A DNA stretch of 64,000 nucleotides from Epiperipatus broadwayi (taxonomy: Eukaryota; Animalia; Onychophora): assembly GCA_028023455.1 (NCBI GenBank), contig JAQFVV010000011.1, forward strand, positions 434,001-498,000, read 5' to 3'. Position numbers and translations under genes: made by a program. Position 1 is the stretch's first letter. Each line of letters opens with the position of its first letter. Under the pieces are notes generated by a model. The model did not search any database, was not told where the DNA came from, and was given only the letters and a program-made list of their open reading frames with translations. Shown piece after piece: positions 13,823 to 26,574 of this stretch.

Positions 13823-14648
13823 ATAGAGAGATTCTTTGTAACCTACATTGATACAGCATAATATTATTTGAAAAAGTATTTGCGTCTCTATTGCTCTATA
13901 TATTGGCATAATAGTTGAAACTATATATGCTAAATATAATATACTAAAATTACAGATTAGTTTCTTTTACCATATGTCACAACCAATAATGACTTCCATT
14001 GGATTATATCAAATTGCCCTTTAAATCTAGATGGTTTAAAAATATCGGTAATATAGTTTATTGATAAGTCACTGTTATGAAATGATGATAGAGTTGTCAA
14101 TTTTTGCCAGTGACACAAGATATAAAATACTTTTAAGAAGTTATTTAAACTTTTTATAGTTAAGTCCTTAAATATACACATTCTTAATAATAACCAACAG
14201 GTTAACATAGAGCGCATTTTAAAATGGTATTTATTCTCTGATATTGTCAGCATAATCAGTGACAGTCTATATGGAGGGGAATTGTTTCAGTATCCATTCA
14301 AATTTGAGAATACTGAATTTAAGATGACACTTTAACCAATTAGACTATTCTCCAAAATATTAGTTGATTTAGTGCATTTTTTAAAATTTCAGTATTTGTG
14401 AATCTAAAGGTTAATATTTCAATTGCCAAACTAGATTGTCATTTACTGGACCAGTAGCATTAGAAGAAAGAAAAAGAGTAATATCATTATGCAGGAAGAG
14501 ACTAATACCATTTATAATGTTGTTTTCTATCCTGCATTATTATTAACAGATGAAAGTATACATAGATATAATAACTATATCCATGTTTACTACTGTTTTT
14601 TAATTAGTTAATATTTTGTTTGCTAATGAACTCTTTTTTTTTTTTTAG

Positions 14649-14732
14649 GGTTGTAGTGCTGTAGTTGTTAAATTTATGGATAATAATTTCAATATTATAG
14701 GCATTAGTGCTGTTTGTCTCGCCTTCTTTCAG
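14649..14732 (+). CDS. TSPAN7: Tetraspanin (TSPAN6/7-like) penultimate coding exon: end of the large extracellular loop and TM4
   Basis: Long poly-T plus AG acceptor and a CAG|GTTAGT donor; 84 nt, phase 0, encoding GCSAVVVKFMDNNFNIIGISAVCLAFFQ. This fits the GC...FM..N..II.....AF.Q exon of TSPAN7-type genes as I recall it. The symbol means 'like'; orthology is not established. Confidence 0.85.
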
Positions 14733-15185
14733 GTTAGTCTAAATTTTGTTTATGACACTTCTCTTGTAAACAATGCAATCCTCCATGGGAATTTAAATAA
14801 TAAATACCATCGAAACAGACTTTTTTTGTTAATAATGGTTTACTAATTAGTTTAGTTTTAATTTAATATTTTATGAATTTTCAATTTATAATTGTTTATT
14901 ACAGCGTTTCCCAACCTTTTTTGGCTCGCGTACCACTTGGTAGTACATCACGCTAAATTGTACCACTTCGTAAAAATGATTGTATTTCATGAAATTTGTT
15001 ATTGTGAGTGTGTTATTTTATTTGCATTATAAATATTATAGGGTGACCATGTATGTATTCACATCTCATAATGAGACAAATTACATTGAAACACGCCTAA
15101 ACGTCATGCCAGATTATAAACTCACTGAAATTATAAACTCACTGTAACATATTTATATGTATGTGTTTGTTCAAAGTTTCATATT

Positions 15186-15601
15186 TTTTCCAAAATAATT
15201 TATTAAAGATTACATTATTACATTAAAGGTTATTTGGTACATATTTTGTTCAAAGTGTTTTCTCATTCCTTCATTTGGTTTTCCCGAATTTGAGTCTGTT
15301 TTCTCTTTTTTGGAGCATCTTGCTATTGGTTGGGCCATGGAGAGGATAAATCCAGCATGTCCCAAGTCATGGTAAAAATAACCTCAGGGGTTATCAGGCT
15401 ATCTCTTGTTCTTGTTTTCTTTATATTGTTCAGCATGAAGTTAATAGGATTAAAATTTTGATGATTAAATACTAGCTTACATCTAGTAATCCACAATAGA
15501 TGATCAAGAATTAATGAGAGTCTAATTTCTGGGTATGATCCTTTTCTGATACATTCTTTCAAATTAAATAATTTAGATTGATTTGCCTTGATCCGACTCA
15601 T
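15186..15601 (-). mobile_element. Possible 5'-truncated L1/Tx1-like LINE 3' end inside the hAT element
   Basis: ORF 15323-15601 contains LWITRCKLVFN, which resembles the W..RN/RC..IF motif at L1/Tx1 ORF2 C-termini. It is followed on the minus strand by aataaa and an A-rich end. Confidence 0.3.
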
Positions 15602-15722
15602 TATTTATCTACTATTTTGTCATATTTCGTTTACTAATAAATGGTTTTAATAAAAACACAAAATTATAAAAAAACAATTAATATATTTTCTTATCATAAT
15701 CAAATATTTTTATAAAATAAAT

Positions 15723-16277
15723 TTAATGAGATCTTTGTGCTTGTTTCGAACAACATAATTTTTTGAAATTTGGTTCAAAAGATGTGAGGTATACCCTTAA
15801 GTCTACAGCTGCGTTCAATCTGTTTCGATACTTATTTTTTAAAAAAATATATGAAGAAAAAGCTCTTCCTACTAATTCCGTACTAGTAAACGGTAATAAT
15901 AATTTAAGAGCTTTCTCAGAAAGTTGTTCATATTCTTTAATGTTTAACCAAAAATTAATTAGATTGTGTCGTTTGAATTCTACTTGTAAAGTTCTGTCAC
16001 ATGATAATTCTATTAAATTTTCTTTATCCTTTATTGATAATGATGTAGCTTTTTCTAAATTTTCTGCATAGAAGGGGTTTGAAATCCAATTATCATTTGT
16101 GTTTTCGGGTTTTGGAAAATATTCCATGAAAGACAATTTTAATCCTGTTAAATGTGCTATTATATTTTCTCGTATATCTTGAGACAGACTAACCTTATTT
16201 TCAAACAAAAAAATATGTAGAGTTTCGAATACTTCCAGTTGATTGTTTTCGATACTTATATATATTACTGTTTCCAA
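15723..16277 (-). pseudogene. hAT transposase C-terminal (dimerisation-domain) fragment
   Basis: The ORF contains WISNPF...LIELSCDRTLQVEF...FW...EY..LSEKALKLLLPFTST.L...AFSS...KNKYRNRL...DLRV.LT..EPNF, typical of Buster/ZBED8/SCAND3-like transposases. The N-terminal part is missing. Confidence 0.9.
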
Positions 16278-16899
16278 AAATCTAATTTCTTAATCATACT
16301 TTCAATTTTATCATTAACATTAAAGATCGTTATCGACTGTACATATTAACAACTTTACTGTATAATATTATTAATTAAAATAATTGTTATGAATTATAGG
16401 AAAAAACGTTTCTATGATATTTTTATGATTTAATTTTTTTTTTTTTTATGTCTGCCATTATTGATTATTTTTCGTGTACCACCAACTAGCAACTCGCGTA
16501 CCACTGGTGGTACGCATACCACAGGTTGGGAAACACTGGTTTATTACATAGAAAGCATTGCTATTGTTTTAAATCTTTGTTTGAAACCTATTAACAATTA
16601 AAATGAATTATAAGATATAAATTTTTTTATTTTTAATAGAGAATAGCCCTCATAATAGACTCAATGACCTTGACCATCAGTGAGGTCATGGAGATGGGCC
16701 ACAGATTCTCCAGCAGAGATGGAATTATATTGCGCTTTAGGAATGACACCAGCACTATGGGATAAAGTCCATGTCTCAGACATTGGAAGAAATGTAATTA
16801 ATTAAGTTGTACATGATTGGAACCGAGAATTTGGATAAATGTACCAGGAGGAATTGGGGAACTGGGATAAGTGTACCAGGAGAAATCGGGAGATTGCAT

Positions 16900-18330
16900 A
16901 AATCACTATTGACCACATCAGATCCTCTAGGCAATCTAGGCCAGTGGTTGTTCAGCTCAACATCTCCACAGCTTTTGATTCTGTCCAAATCAATACCCTT
17001 TTAACCTTACTTGGTGAGCATGACATCTCTTCTGGAATCATCAATATTATTAGGAACCTCCTCTACAATCGTGAAGTGAGCATTTCGCTGAATGGGAAAC
17101 TTTCTTTTCCACCATATTCTCCATTCCACAGGGCTCTCCTCTCAGTGCTCTGTTTTTCAACAACCTCAACCCTCTGCTCCTTCAAATTGAGAGATCTCTT
17201 CCTGGCATCCATATCCCTACACCCACCTATATGGACAACTTGGCCATTTTTCTTCCATCAAAAAAAGTTAATCCCCAAACTTTTATAAGTGCTTAAGAAG
17301 TTCTCTGGATCAATCTGGCCTCCAATTTAATATGGTCAAGTCATCTGCCTGGCATTTACCTTCTGGTAAGAACATTCCTGGCCCATTTACAGCAAAGCCT
17401 CAGAATTTCTTAGGCTTCCCTATATTTGAATCCGCTTCCACCATGTGGAAATCAGTCTAGGATAAGCTACTTCAATCTACACAGAAAATCACATCCTCCT
17501 TTTCCAAAGTTTACATGTCCATGTTCGCCAAGTCCTCCCTTATCAATATAGTAATAGTCCCCAGAATATCCTATTTCACCCCAGTGGTCAATTTCACCAC
17601 AGTCTTCATCAGGAAGATACACAAGATGTGCATCGATCTGATAAGAGGGGGCAAAAGTGCAACCATTAGCTTGAGAGACCTGCAGAAACACACAAAGCTC
17701 AATGGGATATCCCTACTCTCCATAGATACATTTATATTTCAACATTCCTACAACTCTTTCTACAGAATGTTCCTGCAGTATACCAACTCCTCGCTCTTTA
17801 AGGAGATCTCTCCCACAGACAAGCCTCTACCTGATAGAACTGGGTGGTTAGCAATCCTCACATCCCTTATCTCCAAATTTACTACTATTCCTAGCAAGCC
17901 ATCCTTAATGAAAATTAATTTCTGGGAAGTTTACTACATCCTTCATCCTGATGTTTCTGCAAGATCAACTCTCCTTCGGCTCAACAACCATTTGCTAATC
18001 AAAAAATTTAAACGATGGTTCCTTGAGCCCATACTTCTGTTGAAGATAAATCTCAATACCTTGCCTACTAAACACTTTCTTGTACATTACTAAGGTTTCT
18101 CAAACATAGATTTCACTTGTGCCCTATGCCTCAGAGAAGAAGAAACTTCTCTTCACCTCCTCTGCCACTACTTTTCCCTTCAACCATACAGAGATCTTAT
18201 AGCCTCCATGCTAAATGATAAAATGCCTTCCTTATCTAATCTCATTGACAATATACTGTGTGGATCCATCCCAGAAATACATTCATCAACATTCTTATTA
18301 TTTTTGCTATGATATACCCATTGCTGGCTG
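16900..18330 (+). mobile_element. L1/Tx1-like LINE ORF2 remnant (RT and C-terminal zinc knuckle), frameshifted
   Basis: Motifs across frames include VVQLNISTAFDSV, IPQGSPLSALFF, YMDNLAIF, LINIVIVPRISYF and TCALCLREEETSLHLLCH. Confidence 0.75.
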
Positions 18331-19228
18331 ACCTTTAATCATGTTCTGGAGCATCCGCTTGATTTATATATTGACAAAATAAAAAAATTTCAGAAGCGGG
18401 ATCAGAATTTGGCCCCCTCCTACATATTTGATGCCACATGGAAGCTAATTGTTTTGCTTCCCTAAGGTTGATCCCTTTCATACCTAGATAGAAATTGCCT
18501 ATCCTAGAAATGATTAGGGCTGATTTGCATGTATTCCTTTGGGATTGATTATGATTTGCCTCTCTCTTCAAGCCTATTGCCCAAACCCTGAGCATTATGA
18601 CATTGACTTCCATTCTGAAGGGTTTGTTTACCTATACAAAGCTGTGGTTTTGCATGGACAAATGTTTAAAATGTACATTTTGAGACATACAAGCTTAGTC
18701 ACCTGCCACCAAGACACCAAATCCCAGGCTCGTTCCTTTGCCTCTATGCATAATATTAATCGTTCTAGGTTGTGCCATGCAAGATGTGTCATTATTGAAC
18801 TTCTATCTCTCTGAATACCATTTAATGTATCTATTTCTAACTTTATCATATGAGCTGTAACCAAATTTCAAAATAAAATATTCTATATTTTTATAAAAAA
18901 AATAAAAATTATATTTGTTCACAACATTACTGTACTTATTTTATACCACTATTATCATATAGATAAAATCTCAATTTCTCTCGGATTATATGCAATAATG
19001 CATCTTCTTGTTTAAACTTAGATGTAAAATTCAAGATTTTAATTCTCTAACATACAATTTTAATGCAGCATTAAGTGTCTGTTCGTCAATGATTAATAAA
19101 ATAAATAAATGAGTAATAAAGCAACGATAAACAAATGTATTTCTTTTATTAATAATTTATAAAAAAAATCTCTGCCCTACTTTATGAAATTTATTTCACT
19201 CTTGAAGTAATATTATCAAACAAGGCAA

Positions 19229-19507
19229 AACTCTCCATACAGTAGTGCCACCCTGTGCCAACCAAAGTAATCAATGGATGCCAGAAGGCTTGTGCATAAA
19301 ATCTCTATCTAGTGCTACTCATCCAATATCTCCAGACTAGTTCTGAAGATAAAAGGTGGCTGCTGGAGGGTTGCATTAAATCCTAAGATCTAGGTGCAGT
19401 GCTCTCAGATCCAAGACTTCTCACTAACGAAGGCCACAAGCCAGAAACTAGTTTGGGGATATTGGATGAGTAGGCACTAGATAGGGATTTTATGCACAAG
19501 CCTTCTG
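19229..19507. mobile_element. Family B HHR-bearing element in fold-back form
   Basis: 19282-19342 is the reverse complement of 19446-19507. The body is homologous to 32175-32865 and 59206-59500. Confidence 0.85.
19419..19458 (+). ncRNA. Degenerate hammerhead ribozyme (family B)
   Basis: ttctca CTAACGA aggc-cacaa-gcca GAAA ctagtt tgggg. Stem III is the ACTAGT palindrome, but CUGA is mutated to CUAA, so it is probably inactive. Confidence 0.7.
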
Positions 19508-20349
19508 ATTTAAAAATCTGACTTTTAAATGAGATTGCTAATTAATGCAGTCTTATTTTATCAAATAATTAATGCAGATATGTTTAACAGAGAAAAGTAG
19601 TTATTATCTTCCAACCAATTATCTCTTAGACAATACTCTGAAAATAGACAAAGTTTTATGGGATAACACGGGAAGAGTAGTAATTATTTTAAACCGATTA
19701 TTTCTTACATGATATTCTAAAAATAGAAACTTAAAGATTTCTGGGATCGATTAAGATGTCTCCAGCGAACTGATAAATGATGGTGATTTTAGCCATATGG
19801 GCAGAGATCAGGATAGAAGCAATACCTAGGAATTTTCATTTTCATTTCAGCACTGTTAGTGAATGTTGATTTATTTAAAAATAAGCTTTAAGAATGGGTA
19901 GCTGCCAGATGTTTTAAAACATTTATTGACTTGTAGTACTGTGACAATTCATAGCATATGAGCGGAAGGGTAGTTTTTCTATTTAAATTAATAACAGCAC
20001 TACAACTATTAATTTTAATATCTTTTTTTTTTTAAATCATAATATGGCATTTATTAGATATTTTACAATCTTTTATGATTCAGTGTAAAGCTTCACATCT
20101 TCATCAACTGTCATTTCTTTTACACATCCAGCACAAATTTAAGGAACTTATTTATTTTCAAAGATGACTATGATAATTGTCTGTCCTCTTCCTACATATT
20201 TTGGATTCAGTTTTTCTTTGTTAACATTGTATACATTTCTTAATTTGTTGTCTTGCTGCAGTCTGTCTCCAATTCTCAGATCGATAAGCAAGCCCTGGTG
20301 CATTCACTAAAAATATTTTTCTAGTACATAGGCTTATTTGCCTTTCATA

Positions 20350-20520
20350 TACGTATTTCACACCTCCCTCCATTTAGACTACCCCTATGACAAGTCGATC
20401 ACAAAACATTTTAAAAATAAAAAGTAGATCTTATGAACACAAAAGTTGGCCATCCCTGTCATAGGCAATCGACTTGTTGTCATAGGCATAGTCTAAGCGG
20501 AGGGAGGTGTGAAATACGTA
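20350..20520. repeat. Inverted repeat (arms about 50 bp) enclosing a hAT-like terminus
   Basis: tacgtatttcacacctccctcc...atgacaagtcgat (20350-20399) pairs with 20468-20520. The spacer ends gtagatc...gttggccatccctg. Confidence 0.8.
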
Positions 20521-20794
20521 CCATTTTTATATATCTACCTAGTAAAAAATAACAATTATTTAACAGGCCAAAAAACTCATCGTCTGGGGGAATTAAAGCA
20601 ACATGAGTAATTATTAACAATATTTATTAATTCAAATTAACTACATTAAGTCGAGATTTAAAATATTATTTTCCATAATGAGATGACATAGGAGACTTCA
20701 CCTATCTAGAATTGAAAAAAAATTTAGAACAAAAACAAAAATAAAAAAACTTGACCATCTTGACCTAATTGGTTTCATTCATTATCCGATGCCT

Positions 20795-20860
20795 CGCGAT
20801 CGACCAAAATTGGCTTTGAGATCGACCGGTGGATCACGATCGACTTGTTAGTCACCCCTG
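20795..20860 (+). mobile_element. hAT-like terminal fragment
   Basis: Clustered gatcgac subterminal motifs ending in ...gttagtcacccctg. No matching opposite end was identified. Confidence 0.5.
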
Positions 20861-21474
20861 GTGTATAGTAATTGTAAGATTGAAAACCTTTGAAAAATAT
20901 TGTTCTAAGTTCAGATATTTAAAATGAGATCTTGAGGCCATGCTTGAGGGGAAATAAAATTGAAATTAAAAAAGTATATAGAAAATATCAATCTTATTAA
21001 AATTTGTCTGGATGCAGGCAATTAAATATTGTGATATGATCCACTGGTAGGTTGCAAGTTGATTGTTTGGCCTCCCCAGAACAAGAATTTGTTAATGTTA
21101 TTAGATATTGATAGGTGGCTGTTGTACTATGAAAAAAATATACTAAAAAATAATGAGGTGTTAGTCGTTAAACTGCTTACAAGGTATATTAGACAATACG
21201 ATCTTATATATAAACGATTGCTTGGCTCTATCTCCATAAGCATTTATTAATAATATTATTTGTTGATGATTGGCTTTAGTATTACGAACTAAAAATATCT
21301 TATTCGTTAAACTACCCTACTTAGAAGATAGATTTAAAAAATGTCCCATGGAAACGTTTTTTGTTTAAGTGTTACAATATAGTCTTGCATATAAATAATA
21401 TAAATTTAATGATTTAAATTTTATTTTATAAATATTTGATCTAAAATGTTTTCTTCTTCTTTTTTTTTTTTTAG

Positions 21475-21546
21475 TTAATTGGTATGCTTCTTGCTATATG
21501 TTTGGCCAAGAATATCAATAAAGCAAAGTATGAGCAAGTTGCTTAA
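21475..21546 (+). CDS. TSPAN7: Tetraspanin (TSPAN6/7-like) last coding exon
   Basis: Poly-T plus AG acceptor, encoding LIGMLLAICLAKNINKAKYEQVA-stop. It continues in frame from the 14649-14732 exon and ends in a YxxΦ-type tail (YEQV) typical of this tetraspanin group. Confidence 0.88.
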   Translation, partial: LIGMLLAICLAKNINKAKYEQVA

Positions 21547-23440
21547 AAGGATTACTAGATGGCACTATCTACATGTCTCTCATTGTCATCACATCTTTGT
21601 TTGCGCACGCCTTCAAATCCACTCATTTAAATATTACATATCTTAATTTATTATTTATGATTTTTAATCAGTTTATAGAATTTATTTTATTTTTAATACT
21701 AATTTAATGTGTTTGCATATTTACATATAGACATGTATGTGTGTGTATTGCAGACTGTGGAAACCAAATATTTTGGAGCACAAAATGTGCATAAAGTTAT
21801 AGGCATTAAAAAAAAGTTTAGGTCATTTATAGTCCTTATACTAAATAATGGGCACTCCCCCCCGGAATTAGGCTGGTATTATTTGCCGCCGTTACCTGAA
21901 CGCATTTCAAGAGACTTTAAAAAAGTGTGTTTTGAATATACCTGTGATGATTGTTCAACAAATTTCCTTCCAGATATTAATGAATGAAGCTTTGGAATAT
22001 ATTGTGAATATGAGAGCATAGAAATTGTTACAATAAAATTATTTCAAAAGAATATTGAAAACTATTAGATGGTAATAGAAAGCCTCGTTCTTGTACTCTT
22101 ACAAAATATTCGGTACCAAATATTCTGATATACTGTACAATTTTATGGCGTGCCAACTGAATTAAAGAAGAAGAAACAAATTATTATGATTTCACTATTT
22201 ATTTCCTGATTGTTCAATAATTAGCAGATAAATTCTTTTAGAAGCTAATTTTGTGTATGCTATATCTGGCGCAACATTTCACGAACTAACCGCATAGAAA
22301 TTTTATAAATCTATTTACAAGTAAATATTGAAGTGTTTTATATAATACCAAGTCAAATCAGTGTTCCATGTATTTAAGGACTCCATTATTTGACCTAGTT
22401 GTAAAGATATTTTAAAGCCTTGAATGAAAATTTTATGTACAGTACGCAAAACAGCTATTTGTAAATGTACATATGTATATACACACACACACAGCAACAT
22501 TCGCTGTATAAACTTGTATTCCTAACGTATTTTGTGAATTTTTGTAAATATATGATTTATACCTGTTCAAGAGGTATGAAAGAAGCAATTATTTGTAGCT
22601 TTTCATTCATTGTCCTTAAGGAAGCAACTCTTATTTTCTTTTGCTGGTTGGTAAACATTCCATAGATAGAAGCTAACGAGTTGTTTTATTTCTGAAATTA
22701 TTTGCTTTTAAGATTTTTTTTTGTCGTATATAGTTTTAATAATTATTTTTATGAAGATTTATTATAAATTTTTGTGAAGAAAGATTAGCAAAATTATTAA
22801 TAGAGAAGTTAAACTAATTTGAATTATTTTATACATTTTAGTAACTTTGAGTTTTCTGTGTATTGCATTTTTCCTCAAATTTATAATTGTTGTTTTATTT
22901 TTTTAAAAAAGATAAATTGTTTTAAAATTTGTACACCTATAAATATTGTAAAACCAATGAATATTAAGAATGCCATATATAGAGTAAAACTTGTTAAACT
23001 ATTTGAAAATTTTAAAATATGTTTGAAGAGTCTGCCTGTACTGAAAATAAAATTTGAGGTTGATTTTTCTGGAAAGAAGTCTCCAAAATCAAGTTTGCTC
23101 AAATTTATAATTATTTAAGAATAATTTAATATATATTTTCCTATTAAAAACATCTGCCATTCATACATAATGCATTTGCCCATTTCAGTAAATGGACGAA
23201 ATTGTCTTTACATAAAAAAAAAAAAAAAAGGGAAAAAATCATGGGACATTTTTAAAATTTATTTATTCTTCTCCAAACATCTGTTAATTAGATTGCTGTT
23301 CCTTACTGGTGCTAGATTTCTACCAAAAGTGCATTGTGGCAGACAAAGTGACCTCTATTATTTTTATTGTGCGAAAGTCAATAAAGTGTCTTCTATTTAT
23401 TTATTAAATGTAAGCTTTTAAAGTCTTTTAAAATAAATTA
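21547..23440 (+). other. Probable long 3' UTR of the tetraspanin gene
   Basis: Follows the stop codon, has no recognisable TE, retains several CpG-containing patches and has aataaa hexamers near 23380-23440. The end point is a guess. Confidence 0.4.
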
Positions 23441-23999
23441 TTTTTATTCATTACGTCATTTTCTTTTCTCTTTCAAGATAATTTTATTTGACCTATAAGT
23501 GATTACAAAAAAAATAAAATGATAACAAGAATTAACTAGGCGAGGTTACAGGGTGATATATACAAAGAAGAAATGAGCCAAAAGTAGGAGAATACAAAAT
23601 GAGTGTTAGTGAAGAACTTAGTCTGTGGATGCAAGGTGAATATTATTCATCTAGTCTATAACGAAATACCTTTGTTAGTAAACCCTGTTTTGGTAAGTTA
23701 TGGTTGGAGGGTTTTATTAAATCATAATAGTTATTTTCATATAAATTATTTAGGGGCTGGTTGGTCAGGTGCTGTTTAGGCCAGTTGTGAATTCCCAGGT
23801 TAATATGGCCAGGTATGGATCAGCCTCTCTCTTGTCTTTTATATTTCAATAACATCGATGGATATCTTTGCAATTAGTGAAGAATAATGATAAAAATACA
23901 GGTTTGTCTTTTCTGTTATTATTTCTTTATAATAGTTATATGTTTTCAATATATAATTTGTTGTTGATGTTTTATACATCTTATTTATACACTTACATT

Positions 24000-24780
24000 T
24001 CTACATAGATCTTCCAATGTCCTGGATAGTTTGGTCCAATGATAGAATGGTAGACTCTGGAGTTTAAGATCTCTTTATCAGGCTCAGCAATGTCACTTCC
24101 TGGGTTCAAACCTCTTATGAATTCCCAAGTAGTCATTTTTGTCTTTTTTTATATCTCATTGCAATTTGCCCTATCATTCTGTAAGTTTTAAATTTAATAT
24201 TGTAGAGTTTAAAATATTTCTTGTATGATCCAATCTTTCCTAAACTTCATCAATATCAGCTTCCTCCAAAGCTATTCTTTATCTACATTTTTCATATTCT
24301 CCTTAACCATTCACCTATATTTCCCCATTATATACATCTGTTATTTTGGATGTCTTCATTTCTGAATAAGAATTTAATTTCTTAAGCTTATGATATTTTT
24401 TAATCTATTCTTTATCCATTTCCCCCTCTCCTTAAACATTGACTTATATTTTCCCATTATTTAGATCTGTCACCTTAGTTCATCTTCATTTTAAAAAAAG
24501 AATGTATTCAATTTCTTAATCCTCAATTTGATGTCTGCAAATATCATGCTATGGTTTGTAACTATGATCTGTCCCCTGCAAAATGTCTGCTATACCAACA
24601 CTGACCAGCTTCGATTTATTAATATCATAGTTCTGGTTTTTCCATGAACATCTTCAGCAGATTTTCTGGCAGGTTAAAAATCATCATACAATATTCTAAA
24701 GCGAATTCTAAATGTTTTTATCTTTAATCTCCAAAGTTATAGTCACCCATAACTCTTTTCTAACCTTCATTATCACTTCT
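24000..24780 (-). mobile_element. Decayed RTE-like LINE fragment (APE endonuclease C-terminus and linker)
   Basis: Minus-strand pieces VMGDYN, ILINRSW and TNHSMIFADIKLRIKKL. Confidence 0.5.
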
Positions 24781-25049
24781 ATTTTTAGCACTCTAATATC
24801 ATATCTTCTTAATGAATGTCATGAAAAGGGTGCATTTGTCAATATTAAACAGCCATCTTCAATTTTGAAATAATGTGAACTAAAATATAATCTTAAATTC
24901 TTTTATAATTTTGGCTTTTAAAATTCTGCCAAACTATCTCAAAATAATTTGGAGTAATAAAAAAATATATACTTAAATTAAACTTCATGAATATATTTTT
25001 AGATAAATGTTACCAAAATTACACTTTTCTTTATTTTGCTGTAATATCC

Positions 25050-25203
25050 TATAAATACAATTTATCCAAACTACTTTGAATACATTTTAACTGGCTCTGA
25101 AGAAGACTGCAGAACAGTCGAAACGTAAGGTGTATGTATATATGTACAAATAAAGAGTTTTACTAAAAAGTGTTCAAAGTGGTTTGGATAAATTGTATTT
25201 ATA
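25050..25203. mobile_element. Family C: arms of about 38 bp enclosing an HHR
   Basis: tataaatacaatttatccaaactactttgaatacatttt pairs with aaaagtgttcaaagtggtttggataaattgtatttata; the HHR lies in the loop. Confidence 0.8.
25092..25131 (+). ncRNA. Minimal hammerhead ribozyme of PLE type (family C)
   Basis: CTGAAGA a gactg-cagaa-cagtc GAAA cgta. Stem II is a perfect 5 bp, stem III is the ACGT palindrome and the triplet is GUA. Stem I is only about 2 bp. Confidence 0.75.
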
Positions 25204-26487
25204 TTTTTAGATATATTTCAAACTTCTATTCCAATATACATTTCTGAAACATATGACCAAAGATATGTATTTCTTGGAAATGATTTTAATCGTTAAAGCT
25301 ATGATTTTGGAAGAATCGTTCATGCTAAACATATTGGCCGGTGTGACCCAGCCAAAATGTTAATATATACTTTTACTACAGTAAATTATACACGGATGAA
25401 TCTGGATATTTCATTTATACTTGTAGCCCATGAAAATCTTCATTTTAACATAATAAATCTGTATGGGGAGAAAATGAATATATTTAAAAAATCTACTCAT
25501 GTTTTTTTTTTCTAAAATTTATATTTTTATTCATCAATAATAGATTTGCATGTAATTTCCATGTGATCCGCTGAAAGATATAACAACAATATCTGATATA
25601 TGTTTATACAATTTTTTTAAAAAAAAAATTATCAATATATTTCCAGCAAATATATCTTTACGATTGGTAGCACCAGTTGCATGTTTATAGATAAACTCAT
25701 CCAGAAGAGTGAGTGGAGCTCATCATGATTAGTGATGAAGAATCTTGACAGAGTCAAAAGATGAGTAAAAATATTTTTCGTTATACAAAAATAAAAAGAT
25801 CGCAGAATTTCCTTGCTTGATGATTATATGACAGAAAATTATAAAAGCGAAACAAAACGGTGAAGTAAAAAATTATAATAAAAATAATGAAGAAATTACA
25901 CACAAAGGAACTAAAAAAAAATTTATATATATAAGCGCAGCTGAGATCAGACCCCAGGGCTTGTTCCGTTGATTGTTTATATACAAAATAAGTTAATTAT
26001 TTAATTTTGCCATTTATTTAAATATATATAATTACTTGGAGTTTTCTTCTTTTGTGGAATGGGTGATTTATTGTGGAAGGGCTTGGCCAGGCTTGATTGA
26101 GTGAGCCAAAGTGGATTTACCATTCATAACAAATATGGGAGAAAATCTGAAAAACATAAAAAAGAAAATTATTTAAATATAAAAAGTATTTCAAACATTT
26201 TTATTATTGATAAAAGCTAATGAATAAAATATGTTTTCAATTCGAAGAATTTTAGTGTAAATGCAGATTAGTAAAGAATTATGGATAATAGCAATAGGAA
26301 ATAAATAAATTTACAACGAATATTTTAATAGATGGCTCTGATGTAGAACTTTTAATCATCCCTCCCCTGAAATGCCTGTTATCTGTATTTGTATTTCGAT
26401 GCTTCCCTTTTCAATTTACCCCAGTATTTCATTTTTTTTATTTTTAAAATAAGATATCAAATATTCTATATTATTTTTTTTCTCATG

Positions 26488-26574
26488 TGTCATACCATCA
26501 GCCAGGAAGCGAATCCGCTAATCCGGGACAACTGCTTGTAAAGCAGCTGACCTCTCGACCACCAATGCTTGACA
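26488..26574 (-). mobile_element. tRNA-Gly-derived simple SINE copy
   Basis: The minus strand reads tgtcaa gcattggtgg...gctgctttacaagcagttgtcccgg...ttcgcttcctggctgatgg tatgaca, followed by an A-rich tail. Homologous to 35113-35197. Confidence 0.7.

Larger units (their letters stand above)
14902..16538. mobile_element. Internally deleted hAT DNA transposon (Buster/Charlie type)
   Basis: 16-bp TIRs cagcgtttcccaacct / aggttgggaaacactg (1 mismatch), a perfect 8-bp TSD gtttatta (14894-14901 and 16539-16546), subterminal cgcgtaccac repeats and an internal transposase fragment. Confidence 0.95.

Noticed and set aside
25290-25990. CpG-retaining segment resembling a piggyBac or other DNA-transposon relic
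   Set aside because: I could not find a TIR pair, a TTAA TSD or coding motifs.
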